Positions 25,327 to 37,590 of a stretch of 64,000 bases of DNA are shown here, in pieces. The notes under the pieces are model-generated. The model ran no database searches. It was not told where the DNA came from and was given only the letters and a program-made list of their open reading frames with translations. The stretch is from Octopus bimaculoides. Lineage: Eukaryota. The DNA lies in assembly GCF_001194135.2 (NCBI RefSeq), contig NC_068987.1:93976171-94040170 (forward strand). Reading direction: 5' to 3'. The translations under genes and the position numbers were made by a program. Every line of letters starts with the position of its first letter. Position 1 is the stretch's first letter.

Positions 25327-25575
25327 AAGGAGGTGAAGGATGAGGTGAAGGGGGAGGTGAAGGGGAAGNNNNNNNNNNNNNNNNNNNNNNNNNNNNNNNN
25401 NNNNNNNNNNNNNNNNNNNNNNNNNNNNNNNNNNNNNNNNNNNNNNNNNNNNNNNNNNNNNNNNNNNNNNNNNNNNNNNNNNNNNNNNNNNNNNNNNNNN
25501 NNNNNGGGGGAGGTGAAGGGGAGGTGAAGGGGGAGGTGAAGGGGGAGGTGAAGGGGGAGATGAAGGGGGAGGTGC
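25327..25575. repeat. 12-bp G-rich minisatellite (GGAGGTGAAGGG)n spanning a gap
   Basis: Direct, on both sides of the N-gap 25369-25505. Confidence 0.9.
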
Positions 25576-26418
25576 AGTACATTGAACGGAGACAAAAAGA
25601 GGACAAAACCTTTTGCTATTCTTTATTGTTGTTGTTGTTGTTGCTGTTGTCATTGTTCTTATTAGTATTACTATTATTATTATTATTATTAGTATTATTC
25701 TCACATGTTATTGTTACTGTCATTGTTATCATCGATATTGTCGTTGTAATAATTGTTGTTGTTGTTGTTGCTGTTGTCATCAGCTTTGTTATTGGAACTT
25801 TCCATTTTATTGCCATTGACAAACACGTGTCATCTTTTATATCCATCCGTCCAGCCGCTCAGCCGCCTCCCCACCTCACCTCCAACTCATGCTGTCACGC
25901 TAAATATTTCGCTTTTATTATTTACTTTTTCTTCATATGTGTGTATCTGTATGTGGGTGTGTGTGTGTATGCATACTTGTAAGTATGTATGTATGTATGT
26001 ATGTATGTATGTATGTATGTATGCCTGCATATGTATATTACTTTGCTGCTAATTTCAAAATGGCTGCAGGGCCAAAGTTTACGAGATTGCAATTCTTGTA
26101 CGTATGTGAAAGTGAGGAGTGGCTATGATAACAACAACAACAACAACAACAACATGAATAATAATGTAAGAAAGCAAATAAACTAAACAAATTAGATGTT
26201 GTGTATGTGATGTTCACATAACTGCGACTGAAATTGGAATGGGTTGAAGTGAGAGTTTGAGAATGATAGGGAATTAAAAAATGATAGGAGAAAAAAAAAA
26301 GGTCTCCTGAAAAATGGGAGAATGGTAATTATCAGAGAGGGACAATGAAGAAAGTTTCAAAAAGTAAAGAGACTAACAGCAGTTTACGTACACAAACGCA
26401 TGCGCGTGTATACATGTA

Positions 26419-26495
<77 letters not shown>

Positions 26496-26599
26496 NNNNN
26501 NNNNNNNNNNNNNNNNNNNNNNNNNNNNNNNNNNNNNNNNNNNNNNNNNNNNNNNNNNNNNNNNNNNNNNNNNNNNNNNNNNNNNNNNNNNNNNNNNNN

Positions 26600-26635
<36 letters not shown>

Positions 26636-29119
26636 GTGGAGGATAAGTTTGTGTGCATGTATGTATGTGTCAGTATATATCGCGAGTATATTAAGTATAT
26701 GTGTGTGTGTGTCTGCGTGTAAGATAACTTTGTGCATGTGTCTGCATGTGTGTGTGCACGCGCGCATGTCTGATATATATTTTGTTTAGAAAGTGGAGAT
26801 TGAGATAAATTTGGAAAAGAAAGCTGCCATACATGAGTAATGTGGCTATTAAATTTATATCTCTGAAAAAAAAACAAGTGAGATGCTGTGGTGTTCATGC
26901 ATTATTGATTATCGTTATGTTGGTACATGAATAGAAGTCGCATTTTGACCTTTGCTTCGCTATATTCCATTTCTGTTTGTCTACCCAAGGTGAAACTACG
27001 TAAGTCATTGAAAACGAATTTAATTACTATAGATTGGCACAAATGTATAAGTTCATTTCGCAATCACTTGGTTTCCGGTTCGATTCCACAGCATTCTATT
27101 TCGAACAAATGTCGACTCAGTACTCGTGAGTGTTATTGCATTGAAAGGCTTTGTGCCGATCTTCTTAGATATGCCTGTTCTGGGGCACGGAACATGATTC
27201 GCCGTCTTGTTTAATATCAACAACTAACATTGGACCAGGAGTTTGAACCGGGGTAACTAATTATTTTGATCTGCGTTCTACTGCAGTAAAACCTATCATT
27301 GTTTCGTTTGCCCCCTTTACCCTTACCTGTCTTGGGGGCCACTGAAATATGTCATGTAAAGATGTAGAGCTAATAACACGTTTCGTAGACAATAGATGAT
27401 CATTATTTGATACGGAATGGAGAGGACAAAAACAGGAAGTAAGGAAATGAATGCTGTGATAGATAGCTTTGGCATGAAGGCACAGAATAGACATAATGAA
27501 AGATCGACATATAGCGACTTAGATGCAGAGGAGATGGAGCTAAAAGTGAGTATAGTTAGAATCCATAGAGAGAATTATCCTATAGACAAATAGACAAAGA
27601 GATAAGTGTGTATGGAACGGGGAAAGTAGGAGACAAAGAGAGAAAGAAAGAGTGTATGTATATGTGTGTGTGTTTGTGTGTGTATATATTATTGATCTGT
27701 GTGTATGTGAATAAACATAAAAGGAGAGGACCTTTTAACATAAAAAATATCATGAATTGTCTCCCGAGTTTAGCACCATCACGTGGCTTCGCTACTTTTT
27801 CTTGGACCAACACTAGCAACTATTCCTACCGAGTTTTTGGTTTGAAGAAACTTCATGGTGCCAGTATGGAAGGGTTTGAAGAAAGATATAAAACGTTTGT
27901 CTTCCTTTTTAAAACCCTTAGCAAAATCCAAACCATTCTCACGACTTCACAGTTTATAGCAGGAATTTGTTGTTTAATCACATAAAGTACAACTGTCATG
28001 TAGGTGGCGTTGGTCTGTCTCCATGTGTAAGACATTCGACGAAATAATCCAGATGATCTAACAAAGATTAGCTCACCACTTGCACATTCTAGATCTAATC
28101 TGGTTGGAGAAAGAAACCGAATACATATTTTCTGAGCGAAGAAACCGTTAAACAATCTGCCAGAGTACTATCACCACATTTTTCACATATCGAAAGCCTT
28201 CAGCATGGCCGCAGTCAAATAATTGAAACAAGTAAAAGAGTGAAAGAGTTACCTCCTTATTTCACCCTCAGCGAGACATTGAAATATTTAAGTTTGTTTC
28301 TGTTCCCCTGATTCACGTTGTATTGAGCATAAAATATTTTTTGACTAATAACGAACCGTCAAAAGCATAAATATGTTAATTGCGCTCTCTATTACGATGC
28401 TACGTTAATTAACGACTGTTTTAAGTAATCACAGAATGTTTTATGGTATTGATCTGGAAAGAAGCAGGGTACGCTTTCTCTGACGAGCACTAAACAGACT
28501 CTGGCGAGGATCGTCAGGGGACTTCAACATATATTCAGAAATAATGCTGGCGTTCTTATATTGCTGAGGCAATATAGGAATTTTTGTAAAATTGATACAC
28601 ATAAATTAATACGTATTTGTGTATACATACATAATTGCCTACACACACACACACACACATAAATATATGCATATAACAGAACATACATGGGGTTTAAAAT
28701 ATATTATAGCTGTTTCAGTAGAATTTTATTGATGTACTCAGAGATTACATCATAGCATAAAATTTACCATCTTCAGGTAAAATTTTAATCAAGTATAAAC
28801 AGGTGAGGTGGTATCTTGATGTTGACGAATCCGATCAACGGTATGATTACATCTGTTTAAATCTGTTTAAAATCTGGAGATAGTGCATTTTATGCGATGG
28901 AGTGATCTATGAATACAGCAATTTTAATTCCCGTTTGTGTTCTTTTTTATACCACGCCGCACCGAGAAACAGCCGTTAGTCGGATCTTCACTACTCTGCC
29001 CACACCCGGTACCTTTGGGGTTGTTTTACTTCATTGTAGACCCTATGTTATTATACCTAGCCATTTCTGGAATCTTATGTGTTGAAGTGACTAGGTTTTC
29101 ATGAATCTTATAAATAATA

Positions 29120-29154
<35 letters not shown>

Positions 29155-30076
29155 TTATCTATCCATCTATCTATAGGGAGAGAGAGAGAGACAGAGAGAC
29201 AGAGAGAGACAGAGAGAGAGACAGAGTGTGTGTGTGTGTATGCATATGTATATGTAACTTGAAACAATTATAATCTCACTGAAAAGACTTGAGTGAATTT
29301 AAACAAAGTCCCGTTCAGTGTGCGTGCTGTTGGTCAATGTTTCTGGCAATGAAGAACTAGTAACTTCCTGGAAATATATATTTACTATGTCAGGCCGATA
29401 ACTAGTTGAAGAATTTCACTTCAACGCACTCCATAAAACCATTATTTTCTCCCTGGTTGTGACGTTACACACTTCTCAGCCGCCATACTTTTCTTCGTTA
29501 TTTTATGACCGGACTCAAAATTTTATAGATTAAACAATAACTTTGTCGTCTTTACATGAGCAATAAGGATTTCTGTTTTTAAATATTTGCAACTGAAAAC
29601 ACGAATATGATTTACATTTGAATGTTTTTATTGAAGTCTTTGATTGTTTTGGTTACTTCGTCGTTATTATACAATAAATTGCTGACCTATAAAGTATGAC
29701 CCAGTTTTTAATCGTCTTATGGCTGGGATTATATGTTTATTTTGGCAGTTGTTACTGCCGATTGTTTTCTCGTAACTTTAGAGCAAGAATTTTAGGAACG
29801 CGCCGTCTGTGTTTTTCTTTCTTTTTCGTTACCATTTCCTGTCTTGAAACGTTTGAACTTGTGGCATCAAGTTCTTTTCAGCAATCAAAACACTCTATTT
29901 ATTATTATTTTTTTTTTTTCTTTTCAAATTTCACTATTGTCAGTCATTGGACTGGAATCGGAGGGAGGCAGAGTCTGAAAGAGAAAAAAAAATGTATAAG
30001 GAGAGTGAAAAAGAGTAAGTTAAACAAAAAGAGAGAGTGGAAGGAGAAGAGGCAGAGAAATAGGGTGAAAGAAGAG

Positions 30077-30109
<33 letters not shown>

Positions 30110-30489
30110 TTGTTTGTCGCTGATGTTTAACCATAGGGACAGTCGGAATTGTACAAAACTGTGGTGAAATCCATTTGAACCATAACAATCCGATATTTCT
30201 GTCCAACAATAGGCGTTCTCATCCACACTGCAGCGAGTTTATCCATTTCACACATTTCCAGACATGTGGGTGTGATTTTAGAAAGTTTTGCCTGTTGTTT
30301 CCAGCAAATCGATTAACCGCTTAGAACTGTGCGTTCCTGTCTTTTTCCTCCCCTTTTCGTGGGGTTAGTTTGTTGGAGGTAGGTTGGCATCGAGGTATTA
30401 AGGGTGCAATGGATAAACGGGTGCATAGGTTGGTGATTTTGTGCATTAATGAGTAGCGAAGAGTTGAGAGAGAACACAAAATTGTGAAA

Positions 30490-31540
30490 CTATAAAGAGG
30501 AAGTGAAAATCAGAGGGAGGGAGAGAGAGGGGACAGGGGAGAGGGCAGGGAGATATGGGAGCCAGAGAAAGGGGGAGAGAATGAGGCAATGAGAGAGAGA
30601 GAGAGAGAGAGAATGACTGTAAAAATATTACGAAAAGAATAAGGTAAATAGCGATGAAGGAGAAATGTTGAGAATGTGAGGGAAATAATATTAATAAAGA
30701 AATAAATGACGAAGTAAGGAAATGAGAGAAGGAGAAGAGGATGGAGAAGAGAGAGAGAGAGAGAGAAAACGAGAGTGAGAAATAAGTGGGGAAAATAGCA
30801 TTGTTAATAAAGAGAGATGTGGTTGGTGTATTATGAGCAATAGCAACGGAATTATGAAGTAATTCGAGAAACAAGGAACGACGGCAACAAATTAGATTTA
30901 CCAACACGTAAAACGGATCAGTCAGCAAATTTTATTCTATAGCAATCGTTCATTCTTCATTCTTTCCCCTCTTTCTTTCTCCCCCGCCCCCTCAATCTCC
31001 CTTTTTTCCCGCCATTTCCTTTTCTATCAATCATATTTCCCTAGAAATCATTTTCCCCTTCCTATTTATTTATTAATCTCATTTTCACACTTTATTCTTT
31101 CTTTATATATTTTTCCTTCAGTTTTTTCTTTCACTAATTTTCTTTTTCTATTCATTGTTTTTCTTCTTCTCCAGTTTTACACTTTATTTTCCTTTCATTC
31201 TTTTTCTCTTTCTCTTTTCTTTCTCTCCTTCGTCTTCTTATTTATTTATTATCTTTTCCATGTTTTCTTCTCTTCGATAACTTCTATCGTTTTCCTTTAT
31301 TCTCCCCAAATTTCATTCTTTTCCTTTCCTCGTTACTTGTTATGTAACAAGTTACCTCAATTATATCTTCTTTTATTTATTTATTTCATTCTTTCTTCAG
31401 TCCACAATTTCCTACTCTATTCTTCAATATTTCTTTTTCTTGCACTTATGTTCTCTCTTTCTTTCGTCTTAATCACTCCTTTATTGGTTCTTTCATTTTT
31501 GTTCAGCGTCTCATTCATTTCTATCATTATACACATTTGC
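30490..31540. repeat. Purine-rich tract (about 30490-30800) followed by pyrimidine-rich tract (about 30950-31540)
   Basis: Direct compositional strand switch. Confidence 0.85.
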
Positions 31541-32402
31541 TGAACCATAATTGACATTAAAAATGTTGATAAGCTAAGGTGACAGCTAACACAGTTTATT
31601 ACCTCTTCTCATACACACATATAAACACATAGGCAAGGAGACCGGTCCACATTTAAATCAATGGGTCATTGGCAGTTCGTCCATGCATCCAGCAAAATAA
31701 ACCAAAGGAAAAACAAAATCAACAAATATCAGATTGGAGCAAGACAAGAAATTGCTAAAGAAGAGATAGGATGAAATTTATTGCCAAGGAGCGAACTTAT
31801 AATAAAAAAGGGGGAAACTGTCTGCTATTCGCTTGACCTTTGATTTAGAAAATGAAGGGCACACACACAAAACCATTTACTGAACCACGAAGAAAGGTAG
31901 ACGATGAGGAGAAGCTATGACACATGGTTTATTGTCTCATCAGTGAATCGGTCTGACTTGAACAGACTGGACTTCGCTCTAGGTGTTCTAGAACGAGATA
32001 GGTGTACTAAAGTGGCTGTTGGAGGTAGTCAGTTACACACCATTAAATACAAATCATCCGAAGGCTTCCGCACAGTTTCCATCAATGGAGTTTCTAAAAC
32101 AAGGCTTGAGTCGAGTCAAGGCTACAGCAGAATACACGTATACAAAGAAAACGGCTGTGGATTCGAATCCAGAAATTTGTACATGAGAGTAAACCGCTTG
32201 ATCATGTCTGTGCTCATAATAAATTCATGTGAATAAAATAATGAAAGAAAAAAGCATATGTGAGGTGGGGAGAATGTAAATTTAAACTGAAAGACAAAGG
32301 AGAAAGTTTAAGTAAATATTTCAAGAAAATATGAACATTTATGAAAATAGCATTGAAACTAGGAACAACAATGAGAAGAACGAATATAAATACTATGATA
32401 TA

Positions 32403-32606
32403 TTGGTTAAAAATTTTGGCACAGGTCCGGCAATTTTAGTATAGCGTTAAGTTCTTTAGATTGACCCCTCTACACAAGTGATACTTATTTTTTCGACTCC
32501 CGAAAGAATGAAAGCAAACTGGAATTTGAACGCTGAACGTAAAGATGGACGAACCACCGCAAGCATTTTGGCAGGTGTGCTTACGATTCTGCCAGCTCTC
32601 CGTCTT
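32403..32606 (-). mobile_element. tRNA-derived SINE, family B, decayed full length
   Basis: AATTTTGGCAC...TTTTTTCGACTCCCGAAAGAATGAAAG...GAATTTGAACGCTGAACGTAAAGA...GATTCTGCCAGCTC matches 12518-12710. Confidence 0.75.
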
Positions 32607-33092
32607 TTAAGTATTACAACATATTAAACCAACAACAACAGAAGCAACATCACTAACAACAAAAACAACAACAACGACAGCAGCAACAACAATAAAAAAG
32701 CAACGGCAACAACAGGGACAACTATGTCATCATCTGTAACAACGATGCATTAAAGGAGTTTCAAAGAGTTTGACTTATTTGGTAGAACTACTCTGAAATC
32801 ACAAGAGTCGGCCAAATATCTGAAAAGATAAAGCATTAAATAATGTAGTCCAAAATACGTCATGTCTGAACGACTTGCATTATACATGTGAATATTAGGA
32901 ATGGTTTAAGAAACAAAGATTTTGACAGAACCGATGGCTGGAAACAACAGAAACAACTAAATGATGATATGGAGGTCCCAATAGGATTTTAGTAGGAATA
33001 TCACTCGTTCAAATAACACAATCGTCAATGTTACAACAGGGTCCAGTTAGAAGGTAGCCATTTTATAAAATAATGTTAATGAGTTTAATTGT

Positions 33093-33127
33093 TAATAATA
33101 ATGATGATGATGATGATGATGATGATG

Positions 33128-33164
<37 letters not shown>

Positions 33165-33169
33165 TGATG

Positions 33170-33232
<63 letters not shown>

Positions 33233-33250
33233 TTAATAATAATAACAATA
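33093..33250. repeat. (GAT/AAT)n microsatellite
   Basis: Direct; abuts the 5' end of the retroelement below. Confidence 0.95.
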
Positions 33251-33632
33251 AGAAGAAGAAAGCAAATTATGCTGGATCATAGATATAGCATGCACAGCTG
33301 ACAACAAGGTATGCCATAAGGAAGAAAGAAAAGTCGATAGATGTGACAGGTTAGCTTGGGAGTTTAAGCAGTTATGGTCGCTGAAAAAGGTGGCAGTAGT
33401 AGCAATAATTGTCGGAGCCCTAGGAACAGTGAGTAAAATCTTGCGAAGTACATCTTTAGAAGAACAAATAGGGGCTGCAATAAGGGTGGAGCAGCTTGCA
33501 GAAAACTGCACTGCTTGGAACCGCTCGAATACTCCGGAAGGTGTTCGGAAAATAAGAGGTGTTACTTTAGTTCACTGGTATTGAACAACTGACACCGTAG
33601 TACATCTCCAGTATTAGAAGCTGTGCAAAGAC
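33251..33632 (+). mobile_element. R4/Dong-like non-LTR retrotransposon 3' end (distinct subfamily)
   Basis: KLCWIIDIACTADNKVCHKEERKVDRCDRLAWEFKQLWSLKKVAVVAIIVGALGTVSK.../QKTALLGTARILRKVFGK*, then a 3' UTR and an (AAT/GAT) tail at 33633-33657. Confidence 0.85.
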
Positions 33633-33938
33633 AATGATAATAATGATAATAATAATTAAAGATTTCTTTGAGAGTAGCAAAGCATTGGATGTTTTGGATG
33701 GCAACTTGGAATGAATAGATATGGGCTATTGTGGAGAATTTAAGATAACCATAGTCTGAATGTGGTAAGTTAGAATCGATGCGGGCAGCCGTTTCGAAAA
33801 ACTTAAATACAGGTTTACTTAAATCCAAATACTTTCTTTGTTATTCACAGACAAACAGGCAGACAGGCAGATACATACACACATATACAGAGAGAAGGAG
33901 GAAGAGAGAGAGAGAGAGAAGCAGAGAGAGAGAGAGAG

Positions 33939-33978
<40 letters not shown>

Positions 33979-33992
33979 NNNNNNNNNNAGAG

Positions 33993-34037
<45 letters not shown>

Positions 34038-34072
34038 GAAGATGTTCATATGTATACACACACATGCATATA

Positions 34073-34198
34073 ACGGGTTTCCGCACAGTTTCCGTGTTTT
34101 AAATTCACTTTAGGCAGCCCAGCTTCTATAGCAGAAGGCACTTGCCAAAGTGCCACGCATTCGAACTGAACTCGAAACTAAGTGTTTGCGAATCTCAC
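34073..34198 (-). mobile_element. SINE family A, decayed head half
   Basis: CAGTTTCCGT...CTATAGCAGAAGGCACTTGCCAAAGTGCCACGCA...ACTGAACTCG matches the copies at 43437 and 58288. Confidence 0.65.
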
Positions 34199-35757
34199 AG
34201 CTCTTCCTGCTCTTATGTGTATGTCTGGGGGTGGGGAACATGTGTCTATGTTTGTATGTGTATTTTCTTTTATGCGTTTGTATGCATATAAGCATGTGTG
34301 CGTATATGTATGTAAAATCCTCTGTGTGCATTTATAAATCCACGTTCTTTCCATTAATGCGTTCGAAAGTAGGGAAGTCGTTGCATGGAATACGGAAAAA
34401 TACATCTGCAGACTGGATTGTTGGAGTGTTGTGTTGATTATTTGTATAACTTGTACCGTGTTCTTTAAACAATCCTTGTATATTCAATCTGATAAGGGCA
34501 TTTGCATACACACACACAAGCACACATCCATATACTAGGCAATAAGTTCCAAAAGGAGACAACGCGTGTGGGACACGTTTTAACAAATGTTGTATTAGTT
34601 TAACACACACACACACGTGAGCACACACACACACACACAGTGCAGGAAAAAGAATGAGTGAATAAACATAGGACAAAGAGAGAGAGAAACTGTGTTGGCT
34701 GTGAGTGTGTGTGGCGGGGTGTAAATGAGCGAGAGTTATCGGAAGTAACAAAAAAAGCTAAGTCTATCTGGTCGATATAAACGTACATATAATGTTATAT
34801 AGATATTGTTTAGTCTATGAAATGAAAGTTTGCTACTGCAGGAAATATTAAGATTTCGGATCTCAAGATTAACAATCCCTACCCCACCCCGTTACCTTTA
34901 TCCTCCATAGCTAAGCTACGGATTCGTCTACCGTGCATTGCTCGATATGACAGATGCCCCTCGGGTGGAAACTTGGGGGTGGTTGATTTTGAAAATGGGG
35001 TGGTAAGCACGGCCTGATACTGTGGGAAATTCATTTGAAATGTACAATAAAATTCATGTTTAATGATGAAATGGTAAGAATTTGCTAAGAGAAGTTCGAC
35101 AACAAATTCCTGAAAAAACAATTTTAAGAATATTACAAACTAAATATGAAAAGCGAATTCTTCNNNNNNNNNNNNNNNNNNNNNNNNNNNNNNNNNNNNN
35201 NNNNNNNNNNNNNNNNNNNNNNNNNNNNNNNNNNNNNNNNNNNNNNNNNNNNNNNNNNNNNNNNNNNNNNNNNNNNNNNNNNNNNNNNNNNNNNNNNNNN
35301 NNNNNNNNNNNNNNNNNNNNNNNNNNNNNNNNNNNNNNNNNNNNNNNNNNNNNNNNNNNNNNNNNNNNNNNNNNNNNNNNNNNNNNNNNNNNNNNNNNNN
35401 NNNNNNNNNNNNNNNNNNNNNNNNNNNNNNNNNNNNNNNNNNNNNNNNNNNNNNNNNNNNNNNNNNNNNNNNNNNNNNNNNNNNNNNNNNNNNNNNNNNN
35501 NNNNNNNNNNNNNNNNNNNNNNNNNNNNNNNNNNNNNNNNNNNNNNNNNNNNNNNNNNNNNNNNNNNNNNNNNNNNNNNNNNNNNNNNNNNNNNNNNNNN
35601 NNNNNNNNNNNNNNNNNNNNNNNNNNNNNNNNNNNNNNNNNNNNNNNNNNNNNNNNNNNNNNNNNNNNNNNNNNNNNNNNNNNNNNNNNNNNNNNNNNNN
35701 NNNNNNNNNNNNNNNNNNNNNNNNNNTATATATATATATATATGTATATACACACAT

Positions 35758-35814
<57 letters not shown>

Positions 35815-36471
35815 CATATTGGTTATTGTTTATGTTTACAAACGGGAAAAACTAAGGAATATATAGAGATTGTACAATATATTAGAAGTCGAATTTTCTT
35901 GTATCAGTCGCAACTGTGTTTCACGTTGCCAATTATTCAAACGATTGTGATGTGACTGATAATGTAAACGAAAAGATATTTGAAAATACACCAGTACATG
36001 CTTAATCACCGATTCTATTGCCAATAAACTAATCACATACGGATGCGGATGAAGGGTTAGCTCTGATCATCGGCGTCCCATACACACACAAAGACACGCA
36101 AATATTAAATTTTATTTAATTTGCTTTGCGGGAGCAACTGTTTTATCGAAAGCGTATATTGTTGTTAAATGCACGAAATACGAGACTAGAAAGACAGCCA
36201 ACAACTGATGAAGGGTCGTTTTTTTATGTTGTACGTTTTATTTCCAATTTGCGTCTTTCGTTGTTCGAAAGTATAGTTCATGTTCCATGTAATCGTACTT
36301 CGTACTTTTTTGTTGTACACGTTTCATAACATCCTGTGCTCACATGTGCATATATATATATATATACACATACGTATAGATGTAAGTATATACATATACG
36401 TATGTATATATGCATATATATATATGTATCATTTATATTATATTTACATATACATAAACACACACACATAA

Positions 36472-36515
<44 letters not shown>

Positions 36516-37548
36516 CAAGAATAAGGGCAGGGAATCGTCAATTAGTAATAGAATTAATAATTAACAATTTTGCCAAGTAGTTCAGTATGAAAAAACCTTT
36601 NNNNNNNNNNNNNNNNNNNNNNNNNNNNNNNNNNNNNNNNNNNNNNNNNNNNNNNNNNNNNNNNNNNNNNNNNNNNNNNNNNNNNNNNNNNNNNNNNNNN
36701 NNNNNNNNNNNNNNNNNNNNNNNNNNNNNNNNNNNNNNNNNNNNNNNNNNNNNNNNNNNNNNNNNNNNNNNNNNNNNNNNNNNNNNNNNNNNNNNNNNNN
36801 NNNNNNNNNNNNNNNNNNNNNNNNNNNNNNNNNNNNNNNNNNNNNNNNNNNNNNNNNNNNNNNNNNNNNNNNNNNNNNNNNNNNNNNNNNNNNNNNNNNN
36901 NNNNNNNNNNNNNNNNNNNNNNNNNNNNNNNNNNNNNNNNNNNNNNNNNNNNNNNNNNNNNNNNNNNNNNNNNNNNNNNNNNNNNNNNNNNNNNNNNNNN
37001 NNNNNNNNNNNNNNNNNNNNNNNNNNNNNNNNNNNNNNNNNNNNNNNNNNNNNNNNNNNNNNNNNNNNNNNNNNNNNNNNNNNNNNNNNNNNNNNNNNNN
37101 NNNNNNNNNNNNNNNNNNNNNNNNNNNNNNNNNNNNNNNNNNNNNNNNNNNNNNNNNNNNNNNNNNNNNNNNNNNNNNNNNNNNNNNNNNNNNNNNNNNN
37201 NNNNNNNNNNNNNNNNNNNNNNNNNNNNNNNNNNNNNNNNNNNNNNNNNNNNNNNNNNNNNNNNNNNNNNNNNNNNNNNNNNNNNNNNNNNNNNNNNNNN
37301 NNNNNNNNNNNNNNNNNNNNNNNNNNNNNNNNNNNNNNNNNNNNNNNNNNNNNNNNNNNNNNNNNNNNNNNNNNNNNNNNNNNNNNNNNNNNNNNNNNNN
37401 NNNNNNNNNNNNNNNNNNNNNNNNNNNNNNNNNNNNNNNNNNNNNNNNNNNNNNNNNNNNNNNNNNNNNNNNNNNNNNNNNNNNNNNNNNNNNNNNNNNN
37501 NNNNNNNNNNNNNNNNNNNNNNNNNNNNNNNNNNNNNNNNNNNNNNNN

Positions 37549-37590
<42 letters not shown>

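Noticed and set aside
27730-28160. Overlapping 100-125 aa ORFs on both strands
   Set aside because: No recognisable motif; the weak resemblance to a hAT transposase could not be substantiated.
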